Shown: positions 11,162 through 21,704 of the stretch, one piece after another
How positions within the stretch are numbered: the first letter of the stretch is position 1
Layout of the letters: each line of letters opens with the position of its first letter
DNA from: Diplonema japonicum
Taxonomy: Eukaryota; Protista; Euglenozoa: Diplonemea
Length of the DNA: 64,000 nt
NCBI GenBank assembly: GCA_964019335.1
Contig: OZ025748.1
Location: 186,001-250,000 of the forward strand
Direction of reading: 5' to 3'
Notes under the pieces: model-generated
What the model was told of the DNA's origin: nothing
The model's input: only the letters and a program-made list of their open reading frames with translations
Database searches by the model: none
Position numbers and translations under genes: made by a program

Positions 11162-11480
11162 GGGTAGAGTCCTAACTTGACCCCTCGAAATGCTTAAATT
11201 CTGACCCCTAAGTTTCCAAAATGCTCAATGTCGATATAATGATGGGAAAAAGAGCTGTAGGAAATGTTGAGGTGAAAAAATGTTGTTGAACATTTATGAA
11301 ACAAAGCCCAGATTGGGCATTTTCGAAACCTAGGGGGCCCAGGTTGTGTATTTAAGAAACCTTGGGGAACCTGGATCAGAAACTTTTTCCTCTTTAAAGA
11401 TAGACCTTGAACATTTCTCAAACTAAGGGGGTGGCTTTTGGACATTTCTCAAACTTAGGGGTCAAGTTAGCAGTTTTCTC
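11162..11480. mobile_element. MITE, Mutator-like by its termini (~319 bp)
   Basis: Perfect 14-bp inverted repeat ctaacttgacccct (11172-11185) / aggggtcaagttag (11457-11470), placed symmetrically 10 nt from G..C ends. Internal sub-repeats of cccctaagttt; T-rich flanks; no ORF. Confidence 0.6.
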
Positions 11481-11481
11481 T

Positions 11482-11514
<33 letters not shown>

Positions 11515-11869
11515 TACCAGAGTAGAAAAGACAGTGGATTTCCATCACATTTCCCTCCCATTGTGATACTGTGGTCCCCCCCCCTTTTTTTTCGTTTCTT
11601 AAAAAAAAAAGTTCTCTGTCCACTCCCCCCACTTCCCCCTCCTGTTAAATTTTTTTTAGAGAAACTTCTGGAAAAAAAAAAAAAGGCTATATTCTCACTA
11701 ATAGTGCATAGGTGGTCCTATTTTTTTTTTTTTTTCCCCGTTTTACTTGCTACCACACTAAGGGGGGGAAAGGGGCCCTTCAGAAAGAATCGAGAGAAAA
11801 AAAAAATGGGGGACATAAGTTCCATGAAGAAAATTTAAAAAAAAAAAAAGAATTCAAAATTTGTGCCTA

Positions 11870-11910
<41 letters not shown>

Positions 11911-12835
11911 TCTTTCCCTCCCCTCTTTTTTTTTTTTTTTTATATGTCACTCCCCCTCCTCTAATTTTACTTCATTCACTACTCCAATTTTACTTCACTT
12001 CAGGCACATATCCGTCTTCTAGGGGAACTGGTATTTTAGACCAATTTGAAGGGATAAAATTGGCGCATTTCTTACTGGGGGCCAAAGAGGGGGTTTTCAC
12101 ATTATTTTTTTTTTCTCCCCCTCCCCTGGAGATTCCCATGGTACTGAATGAAGTAAAATTGAGAAAAGAAGAAACAAAAAAAAAAGTAAAAAAAAAAAAA
12201 ATAAATAAATAAACATCGCCTTTATCCCAAGCCCTTTAATGAAAAAAGATTTTCGCGGACGTGTAGTGAAGGGAGACCCTTGTGGTTGCTTTTTTTTTGG
12301 GGGAGGGCGGGAAGAGACAAAAATGCACACACTCTAAAATTTTCCTACTACCGCTGCTCTTTTCTTTCTTTTATTCTCATCTCTGTTGTGAGTCAAGTTT
12401 TTTTTTTTGCTTCGAACCTTAAAAAGTGCGACATGACACTTTAAAAAAAAAAGAATGAAAAGAGAAAGTAGGGGAAGGTTTAAAAAAAAAAAAAACATGA
12501 ATAAAAGGAGAGTGACGCCAACGTTTCTCCCCCCCCCCTTTTTTTTCAGACTTGAAATTTAGAGCAACTTTTTTGAACTGAAGTTTTCTTTCTTTAGGAA
12601 AATCTTCATCAGAGGTCTTTCTTTTTTTTTTGTAAAATGGAAGGAGGGATGGGGGAAGGAATAGCTTTCCCCCCCTTCACTCTTATTTTTCCTCTCTTCC
12701 CCATTCTGTCACCCTTCCCCCCCTCCTAGGTGCGATTGCCTGCCTACTTTATTGGGTTTTATAAAGAAAGGTAAAAAGAATTTTTTTTTTCTTCTTCTTA
12801 TAAAAGAATTCCTCTTGTATTTTTTTCTTTTTTTT

Positions 12836-13420
12836 TTTTATTTAATTCCGAGCAGCTCTCTCAAAGAATTTAGGCCGGAAAGATATAAATCAGGTTTCAC
12901 TTTATTTCACGCTCAGACCTGGGCGTGAAATAAAGTATCTGATTTTTTTCCTCATGTTTTTAAGCCAAACGTTGCGACCGGGAAGCGAGCCAAGGGCATC
13001 AGCCTCGAGAAAAAGGCCAAAGCTGTGATGGAAGACACGCTTCCAACGGCAAGCAACATAGCCCACAAGAAGGAGTGGGAGAGGTTTTGCACCTACCACT
13101 CGATCAAACCCACGTCCCTTCAACCCTGCCCCCTTCGACACAGCCCACTTCTTCAGTGCACAGAATCACGTTTGACATAAACGTCAACATTAATTCGCCG
13201 AATTGATCATACCAAACCCAGTACCGCGTTCAGTAAAGACTCGCGCATTGCGCCGCTACAAGCAGGCAGCAGCGAAGCCACACTTAGCACCTAAATTCTT
13301 TTCGAGAGCAGCTCATCATTAAATAAAATGCAGTATTGAATAAAATCAGAGCATGATTTCACTTGTGGGGTCCCCCACGCGTGAAATCAGGCTATCTGAT
13401 TTTCATTTAATAAATAGCAA
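12836..13420 (+). mobile_element. Crypton-like (tyrosine-recombinase DNA transposon) internally deleted element
   Basis: Asymmetric inverted repeat 12836-12874 / 13290-13328, internal hairpin 12887-12945 and terminal hairpin 13334-13411. The internal frame reads ...LEKKAKAVMEDTLPTASNIAHKKEWERFCTYH..., resembling the N-terminal helices of integrase-type recombinases. Confidence 0.55.
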
Positions 13421-14643
13421 ATTTTTATATAGTTAAGGGCGCACTTCACAAAAAAACAAGGTTTTTTTTTGATATTTTTGTTTCCATGTGCATTCATGTT
13501 GGTTTTGTTTTTTTTTTTCAAAGTCTGAATTTTATTTTATTTTAGGGGATGGTCCTCAAGTGGGATATCCTTAAATTAAACGCCTTAATTTTTTTTCTTC
13601 GCCCGGAATTTTTTTTTTTCTTGCATATATACATTCCTTCACACACCAGTTTTTCTCTCTTTTTTTTTTTTTAGTTTTTTTCTTTTGTTTTGCTTGAACA
13701 AGAAAACAATATATTGTGATAAACAATAAATTTGGAAAAAAAGTTTTTAATTTTCCCCCTTAGGGGTGGGAAAAAAAAAAAAAAAAAATACACTTGCATT
13801 TTTGGGACATATCTATTTTTTTTTTTTTTGTTTTGTCTGGTCAAAGGGTACATTCCATCTTTTTTTCTTTTTCTTTTTTCCCCCACTCTGTTGATGACGA
13901 AAGTCCCTGTCCAGCATATCGTTTCCTAGCGGAAGATGAGGAGTTGTTGTTGTTGGTTGTTGCTCCCCGTCAGTTGAGCATTCTCCGTTTGTGTGACCTA
14001 GGCAATCAAGGGCAAAAGGTTACATTTTAGGGTGTATCACACCATTTGTTTCTTTTTTTTTTTTTTGTTGCGTTGCAACTCTTTTATGCGATTTTTTTTA
14101 AACAAGGTACCTAACCGCTTCAAATGAAATGTGAGGAAGGGAAGGAAAAAAAAAAGGGGGGGAAATAGAAGACATTAAAAAAGCCCCTAGAAAAAAAAAA
14201 ACTTTTTCCCCCCTCCCTTCAAAATATGCAACGAAGCGGATTTGGTCAAAAAAAAATTAGCGCGAAATTTTCTGGTTTTTATCAGGGAAAAAAAAACACC
14301 CCCCCCCCCCGCCTGTCTGACTCGAGAGCAATCTTATTATTTCCACCTCAAAAGGAACGAGAAAAGAAAGAAGAAGAACATATATTCTTGAAAGGTGTTA
14401 TGTGTTAAGGCCACGTATCCCCCAAAGAGTAGTTTCCCCGTTGCCATGCATCTACACCTAGGTGTTGCACCTGGGGACAGGATCCAAAAGTGGGAAAACA
14501 AAAACAAAAAAAAAAAAGGGAGGGGAGGCGTGAGGGTAGGGAAATAATAGAAACGCAGCTGGGCAACCCCCAAACCCCCTTTTCTTTTTTTTTTTTTTTT
14601 TTTCCAGATTTATTCCAGATAAAGACGGTAGACAACTTATTTC

Positions 14644-14675
<32 letters not shown>

Positions 14676-14873
14676 GGCGGGGGAAAACATACTTTTATAA
14701 ACAGGGAAGTAAGGTCTTTGGAGAAAAAAAAAAAAAAAAAAAAAAAGCTAAGGGAGGAGGTGTACAGACTGGCCTTCGGATCTCCGTCCTTTAAACGCAA
14801 ATAAGTTATATTTTTATACTTACAACAGGCCGTTACCAAATTTGAAGCACACATTACATACATTGGGGTGGGA

Positions 14874-14917
<44 letters not shown>

Positions 14918-15377
14918 AAACAAAGGACCCGTTCGCCGAACTACGGGGGAAAGTCAATAAAGGAAGAAGGAAGAAGATTTTTTTTTTCTTCTTTTTTTTT
15001 TTTTTTTCTTCTGCAGCTCTTCCCTCATCCCAACCGGGCCCTTCTTTCTTTTCGATCTTTCTTTCCCATTCCCCTTATCATAGTGAAATTTCTCTTTTTT
15101 TTTTCTCTTTTTTTCTTCTCTCTTTTTATTTTTAATTTTTTATTTTTCTTTCTTCTCCTCCTCCCTTCCCTTTTCTCTTTCTCTTTCTCTCTCACCCCCC
15201 CCCCCCCCCACCCTTCCATTCCTTTTTTTTTTCTCCATCTTTTATGTATTGCCCCCTAGCTCCCCTTCTACAGTTTTTTTTATTTTATTTTATTTTTTTA
15301 TTTTTGAAAAAAAAACCGTACCATCCCCCCCCCCCCCCAATATAATCACGAAGAAAAAGGAGGGGGGGAGAAAAGAA

Positions 15378-16370
15378 ATGATGAAACGAACGATGCCACA
15401 TCTCAAAGCAAAAAAATCTAGAAAGCTCCCCGCACACCCTAGCATCGTCATGAAGCCCGTGGACTGGCCGGAAGAAGTAGTTTCTGGTGGTGTTTCGCAC
15501 GCACCGTTCCCACACATTCAACCCTATTCAGGATACCCAGGTGTAGAGGAAGGGAAGGGCATGAAGCTGGTGGGATGGAATGTCCAAGGCCTAGCACCCC
15601 TCTTGAAGAAGAACGTGAATCTTATAAGACAGTTAGTCCTCCGTGAGCAACCCACCATCCTGTGCCTGCAAGAAACCTGGCAAAGAACCCCAAACGAGAT
15701 TCTGGAAGAAATGCTGCACCCGAAATTCTATTCAGAACACTGTTTGACAGAAACAAAAACAGGCGGTGTTTCGGTATATTACTCAAAAAAACTGAAAATT
15801 CAAGAGATAATAAAAGGCATGCCTGAAACAAAGGAATATTCGTTGGAAGGGAGGGTGATCACGGTCGTAACGGCAAGGGAAATTATAGTGAATATTTCGT
15901 CGCCGAGTGTGGGGAAGGGTCTTTCCAAACTGGGCAACAGGGTTGAGTTTTGGGAGACACCCTTGGCAAACTTTATGGCTCAGCTTCAGGATATTTTCCC
16001 AGGTAGGCAGATTGTTGTAATAGGCAGCTTCTCTGTTGCTCCTACCGACTATGATGTGGCTAATGCTGCGCTCAACATGGATGTTCCCACTACCACCTCT
16101 GTGGAACGTGAAGCGCTGCAACGCCTTATGCAAAGATTCTCGTTCCTCGACACCTTCAGGAGGTTCCAACACAGGCACAACTGGTTCTCCCAGTGGCCCG
16201 CCACGCATGCGTCAAGGGAGCGCAATATCGGCACCCGGACAGACCTCATCCTCACGCAGAAGCATTTAGGGCACACGTTGGTCCATTCGTCCCTTCTCAA
16301 CGCGTATCACGGGAGCACGCATTGTCCTGTATCCTGCACTTATTTGTACGATGTTGGATTAAAGTCCTAG
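15378..16370 (+). CDS. Exonuclease III / APE1-family (EEP) protein with a degenerate active site
   Basis: Motifs WNVQGL, LCLQET, EGRVIT, FLDTFR, NIGTRTDLIL, GSTHCPV. The canonical GDLN, Y-x-P-N and SDH motifs are altered. Confidence 0.85.
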   Translation: MMKRTMPHLKAKKSRKLPAHPSIVMKPVDWPEEVVSGGVSHAPFPHIQPYSGYPGVEEGKGMKLVGWNVQGLAPLLKKNVNLIRQLVLREQPTILCLQETWQRTPNEILEEMLHPKFYSEHCLTETKTGGVSVYYSKKLKIQEIIKGMPETKEYSLEGRVITVVTAREIIVNISSPSVGKGLSKLGNRVEFWETPLANFMAQLQDIFPGRQIVVIGSFSVAPTDYDVANAALNMDVPTTTSVEREALQRLMQRFSFLDTFRRFQHRHNWFSQWPATHASRERNIGTRTDLILTQKHLGHTLVHSSLLNAYHGSTHCPVSCTYLYDVGLKS

Positions 16371-16380
16371 AGGAATACAG

Positions 16381-16411
<31 letters not shown>

Positions 16412-16547
16412 ACGTAGAAACCGTTGGTTTTTTTTTTTTCGCCTTTTTTTATTCCCCCCCCCCCCCCCGGGTTTTTATTCCCTCCCCTTAAAAAAAAGCA
16501 CTTTATTAAAAAGAAAAGGGAAAAAAAAAAAAAAAAAAGAAAAAAAA

Positions 16548-17045
16548 ATGGAAACACACACCCGAGAGTACGTTAAAGCACTGTCGGCATTGGTTTCTGC
16601 ACTGACAGTGGAGAAGCTTGAGACAGACGAGGTCACAGTATATGACTCTACCTCTGTGGTGGAAGTCCCAGTGGAGGTGTACCTTAAGAGGTGGATGGCG
16701 AGAGGCTGCAAGGATGGTAATGTCCTTGTGGGGGCCAGCTGCTTGATCGATCGGTTCATGGTGAAAAAACCTGATTTCAAAGTGACGGGCAATAACCGGC
16801 ATCGATTAGTTCTCAGCTCTCTTATTGTTGCCCTCAAGGCAACGGTCGACACCCCGTACTCCAATAGGTTTTATGCTAGCATCTCAGGTGTAGGTCTTGA
16901 AGAATTAAACAGGCTAGAGAAGGCCTTCTTGCAGGACATCGAGTGGGAGGTATTCATAAGCACAGGTAACTACCTGCAGTACGGGGCTTACTTGAAGAAT
17001 TGCTACACAAAACTTCGAAGAAAAACTCATTGCATTGATACGTGA
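16548..17045 (+). CDS. PHO80/PREG1-class (P/U-type) cyclin
   Basis: YLKR...LIDRF...NRHRLVLSSLIVALK..D..YSNRFYASISGV.LEELNRLEKAFL matches the PHO80-family cyclin box. Confidence 0.88.
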   Translation: METHTREYVKALSALVSALTVEKLETDEVTVYDSTSVVEVPVEVYLKRWMARGCKDGNVLVGASCLIDRFMVKKPDFKVTGNNRHRLVLSSLIVALKATVDTPYSNRFYASISGVGLEELNRLEKAFLQDIEWEVFISTGNYLQYGAYLKNCYTKLRRKTHCIDT

Positions 17046-18052
17046 ATCCGCTCTACAAGAAAAAAAAAAATTTTTTTTTTTAAATTTTAAAATAAAAAGA
17101 GAAGGAATGAAAAAATAAAAAAAAAAAAGAAAAGTCGGATAACGGCTAATTCTTCTTCTTTTTTTTTTTTTGGCAAAACCTTCCTCAGTTTCTTAATCCC
17201 CTATCCCTTTCTCGTTTTTTTTTTTTTTTTTCTTTTTTCCAACGATTGCCCCCCCCAAAAAAAAAGAAGTGATTTTTTTTTTCTTCTCTTCTCTTTTCTT
17301 TTTTTTTTTTTTTTTTGAAAAAAAAAAAGTTTTAATTTCGAATTTAAAAAAGAAAATCTTTTTTAAATACTGCAGTCTGTTGTTCTTTTTCATTTTCAAT
17401 TTCACCTTCTCTGGTAAAGATAAAAAAAGGCAGGTAGCCAGGCTTGGCCTGGTAGGGGCTTTCGCAGACCCTAAACCCTTGTCTAATTCCAGCCACAAAC
17501 AGAGGGAGGTGGTGGATGGAAAAGGAAATGTAGTATAGTCCATGAAATTCGAGATTATTTCTTTTTGTAGAACGTGAACAAGGAAAAGGGGGGCAGATTT
17601 TTATACCTCCCCCCTCCCACCCCCCTTGTTCTCCGCTTCCAGCCCCCCTTTTTTTATTTTTTAACTAACCCTGATTCTTGTGCTCCCCCCCGCAAAGCGA
17701 GGTGGGAATGAGAAGAAGAAAAAAAAAAAGGGAAAAAAAAAAAAAAAAAAAAAAAAAACGGGAAGAAAAAAAAAAAAGAAAAAAAAAACATTTAAAAAAA
17801 AAAAAAAGAAACAACCAACTAGATTGCAAAATTCCAAGTTTTATATTTAAAATACTGTAAAGACCATTTTTTTTTTTTTCTCTTTCCTCCTCCGTATTGA
17901 ATTGTCCACGTTTCGAAAATTTCCATATGATGATCAAGCCTAGACCGCAATTCTGCACACAAAGTGGTGTCAAACTACTTTTGTACTTGGAAAGCTAACG
18001 AGGGTTTTTGCTACTAGGAGGGTCATTTGTGGACATTTTTTTTTCCCAGGCG

Positions 18053-18085
<33 letters not shown>

Positions 18086-18136
18086 ATTGTCATATCTCTT
18101 TGGGTATCTAAGTTTCCAAACAACCTTATGGTCAGG

Positions 18137-18168
<32 letters not shown>

Positions 18169-18499
18169 AAATAAACATACCTTGAACGAGTTTATTTTAT
18201 ATTCTTTTTTTTTTTTGTTATAATTTTTAATTTTTCTATATAATTTCTAAGAGCTAGACGACAACGCTGATCGAATATATATATTTTTTTTTGTCAAGAG
18301 AATAAAATAAAATAAAATAAAATAAAATAACGAAGAACTGAGGCCTCTTGAAGAAACCGAACCAGCCTGCCAAGAGCCTGTTTATACTAGGCTTTCGCCA
18401 GCAGTTTGAACCATGTGTCCAGCACCTTTCAGACCGGGTACTGCCAAGGGGAGTTTAATTGGCTACAGGACACCACTGCTTTGTCTTTACTTGCTATAA

Positions 18500-18614
18500 C
18501 TAGTTGCCCCCCCTTCCCCCCCTGGTAACGCGCATTATGAGCACAAGGGGAAATGGGCCAGGCTTTCAAAAGCCCACCACCCTCCCGCCTTTGTTGCTGC
18601 AGTTTTTGTGCAGA
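18500..18614 (-). mobile_element. Possible short Helitron-like element (related 3' end)
   Basis: Minus strand reads A|TC...gggcaaCTAG|T and shares taactagttg(c/t)c with the copies at 28292, 48016 and 48717. Confidence 0.3.
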
Positions 18615-19310
18615 TTTACATGTCTCCATTCTCCCTTTTTTTTAAAAAAATTAATTTTTTATGTGCGATTTCCCATTTTTTTTTTCTTTTTTTTTTTTTT
18701 TTTTTTCCCATACTTGCACCGTGATCGGGAGGGTCAGGAAAATTCTGATTTTTTTTTTTCAAAAGTACACAAAGTACATAAAGAAGGTAAGCCTTTTTTT
18801 ATTCTTATGTAATGCAAAAGCCCCCCCCTCCTCCCCTCTATATGGCCTAAAACTATATCTCTTGCATGAGAGGCCAAAACCAATGGTCTTCTATCGTTGC
18901 CAAGGAGAGGCGCAATTTTTTTCCCCCCCCTCTATCTGGTTGTTTTATTATTATTATTATAATTTTTTGTTGCTCACCTTATGGGGGAGGGGGGTCACCC
19001 GCAAACCCACACCACTTATACCCTATTTTCTTTTTAAGGGGGTTTTTTTAATGTCTTTTTTTTTTTTCTTTCTTTTTTTTTCTACAATGTAACGAAGTTT
19101 TTGTGTCTTCCCCTACACGTACACACTCACACACCACATATAAAAAAAAAAAAAAATTATAAACCATGATAAGAAAAGGAAAAGTTTTGTTTAGAGTGAG
19201 CGGTTTTCTTGTCAAGAATTCGAGATTTGTTGCATCCTCGGGAAGTTGAACTGTCCCAGCTTTGGCCGATCGATTTGTTCTTACCGTGTGTGTGTTGTTC
19301 TTTCTTTCTT

Positions 19311-19346
<36 letters not shown>

Positions 19347-19929
19347 AGAGTAGAAAAAAAAAAGGGGGAGGAGGGAAATTAGGAGACAAAAAAAAATGAG
19401 TTTTGTCTTCTTGCTATTTTGTTTTTTTTTTTGTTGTTGTTCTTTTTTTTTCTTCCCCCCCCCCCTACTTCGCGTATGTAATTTTATTTTATCAACTAAA
19501 AAAAAAAGGTGAAAACTTTTTAAATGTTGTTTCTTCTTCTTTTTTTTTGTTGTTTTTTTGTGTATACTTACGCTGCTTTTTTTTTTTCTTTTAGGCGTCC
19601 TGTCACATGCCGCAGGTACTCTTAAATGTCTCTTTTTTTTCTTTTTCTTTTTTTTTTCCCCTTCTTTTTTTTTCTTCTTGTCCGGTTGGTGGTGGCGCAT
19701 TTTTCTTACTTTTTCTTCTTTTTTTTTTTTTTGTGCCCTCCCTTTTTTTTCCTTCCCTTTTTTTTTAATTTTAGACACGCGAGGGGGAAAAAAAAAAGGG
19801 GGAGGAAAAAAAAAAAAGAGAGAAAGAAAAAAAAAAAAAAAAAAAAAAAAGCAGCAGAAAATGTAATGAACTGCAGCCCTCATTGGGATCAAGCGAAAAA
19901 TAAACTCTGAGATTTCAGGTGGTAAAAAA

Positions 19930-21272
19930 CATAGTGTCCAGGGTTAACCGATCACCTTCGGGTTTTTGAAACCCGACCCGAGCAATTTTAGATTTTCGAT
20001 CGCAGTCGGGTTAATGATCGGTTTTTTTCTAATTTCGGATCGGTTTGATCGATCCAAAACCCATATTTCTGGCAAAAAATACCAAGGCCATGCTCAATTT
20101 TTTTTTTTTTTTCAAAAACCCTATTTTGACGATCTGAGCCCATTCCAGCCATTAAAACCCAAAATAGAGCCTTATTTAAGGCCTTAAATGCAGTTTTGAA
20201 AAAACTGGTTTTTCATACCTGTAATTCTCCTGGGTCAGGGAGGTCCAAGTTAAAAACAACAGGATTTATGATCGGTTTGATCGATCCAAAACCCATATTT
20301 CTGCGTTCATCGCTGTGTGCGTGCATTCAGTTCTCTGTGGGTGAACATCCTGCCTCAACGGGCACGCTTCCGTGTGTCCCATGGAGCTTTTCAAAGGCGC
20401 CCCCTTACTTTGTGCGTTGCTACTTCCCGTTCAAGTTTCAATGTTTTTCATTATTGACTTTCGTGCCCAGTTAAAAAACCCGCCAAAAACAGGGAAAATG
20501 CCGATTTTCGGGAAAATAATCCTTTTCTAAGTTGTTTCGATGCAGGCGTTGTGTACCTGGGAGGTCCGGGAGACGAATAGAAGGGTTATAAGTATGGTTG
20601 CATGCTCTCCTCCCGTTCTAATTATTGATTTTTGATTTCGCTCCTATTTAAACAGAAAAAAGAAGAAAAACCGCCAAAAAAAAGCGAAAAAACAGCTTTT
20701 CGGGAAAATAATCCTTTTCTAAGTCGTTTTGATGCTCCCTGGGGTCGGCTTTGTGTATCTGGGGGGCCCGGGGGACGAATAAAAGGGTTATTATATGCAT
20801 GGTTGCGTGCTCTCCTCCCGTTTTAATTATTGACATTTGATTTCGCTCCCAATTAGGATCCTGCCTGAAACAGGGAAGCACCAGCTTTTCGGGAAAATAA
20901 TCCTTTTCTATGTCATTTTGATGCTCCCTGGGGTCGGCTTTGTGTATCTGGGGGGCCCGGGGGATGAAACGAAGGGTTTTAAGCATGATTGCATGCTCTC
21001 CTCCTGTTTTAATTTTTGATTTTCGATTTTTTTTGTTTTTTCGCTTTTAATTAAAAACCCGTCAAAAAAAGCGAAAAAACAGCTTTTCGAGAAAATAATC
21101 CTTTTCTAAGTCGTTTTGATGCTCCCTGGGGCCGGCTTTGTGTATCTGGGGGGCCCGGATACGAATATAAGGGTTTTAAGCATGGTTGCATGCTCGCCTT
21201 TCATTTGACGTCAATTTAAAACGCGATTGTAATTAAAAACCCGCGGGTGATTGGTTAACCCTGGATACTATG
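19930..21272. mobile_element. Non-autonomous TIR element, P-element-like termini (1343 bp)
   Basis: 38-bp TIRs (34/38 identical) beginning CATAG, at 19930-19967 and 21235-21272. Flanks gtaaaaaa / gaaaaaaa match 7/8 (candidate 8-bp TSD). No transposase ORF. Confidence 0.8.
20471..21198 (+). repeat. Four imperfect ~190-bp tandem units inside the TIR element
   Basis: ttttcg(g/a)gaaaataatccttttcta...tgtgta(t/c)ctggg..g.ccgg...aagggtt...gcatgctc recurs near 20505, 20697, 20886 and 21084. Confidence 0.9.
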
Positions 21273-21273
21273 G

Positions 21274-21304
<31 letters not shown>

Positions 21305-21436
21305 TGCTTATGCTTCCAACCTCTGCTGGCATCCCCTCAACGGGGAGTCACTTAGCCCATTACGTCGACAAGGAGGTGGCCGCTGTGCCACTTCTTTTTT
21401 TTTTTTTTTTTTTTTTTCGCTTTACTAAATAATTGT

Positions 21437-21580
21437 AACGCTTCATATCCGCAAAGTGACCCAGCCCGCAATTTGAGGGTGGTTGAAGGTTACTGAGCCA
21501 TTGGCAGGGTGACCCCCTCACCAGGGCTCTTTTCATTCAATTTGGACACAGGCCGGGTCACTAAGCGGATATGAAGCGTT
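21437..21580. mobile_element. Small MITE (~144 bp), possibly piggyBac-like
   Basis: 30-bp inverted repeat (27/30): aacgcttcatatccgcaaagtgacccagcc / ggccgggtcactaagcggatatgaagcgtt. The ends read gtaa|cg...cg|ttta, like degenerate TTAA. Confidence 0.65.
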
Positions 21581-21666
21581 TAAAAAAAAAAGAGAGAGAA
21601 CAATTATTTTATCTATTTCACCCTTCCCTCTTCTTCTTCCCCTTATGTTATCTATCATGCAACTCT

Positions 21667-21704
<38 letters not shown>

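Noticed and set aside
18301-18330. (AAAAT)n microsatellite
   Set aside because: Ordinary simple repeat.
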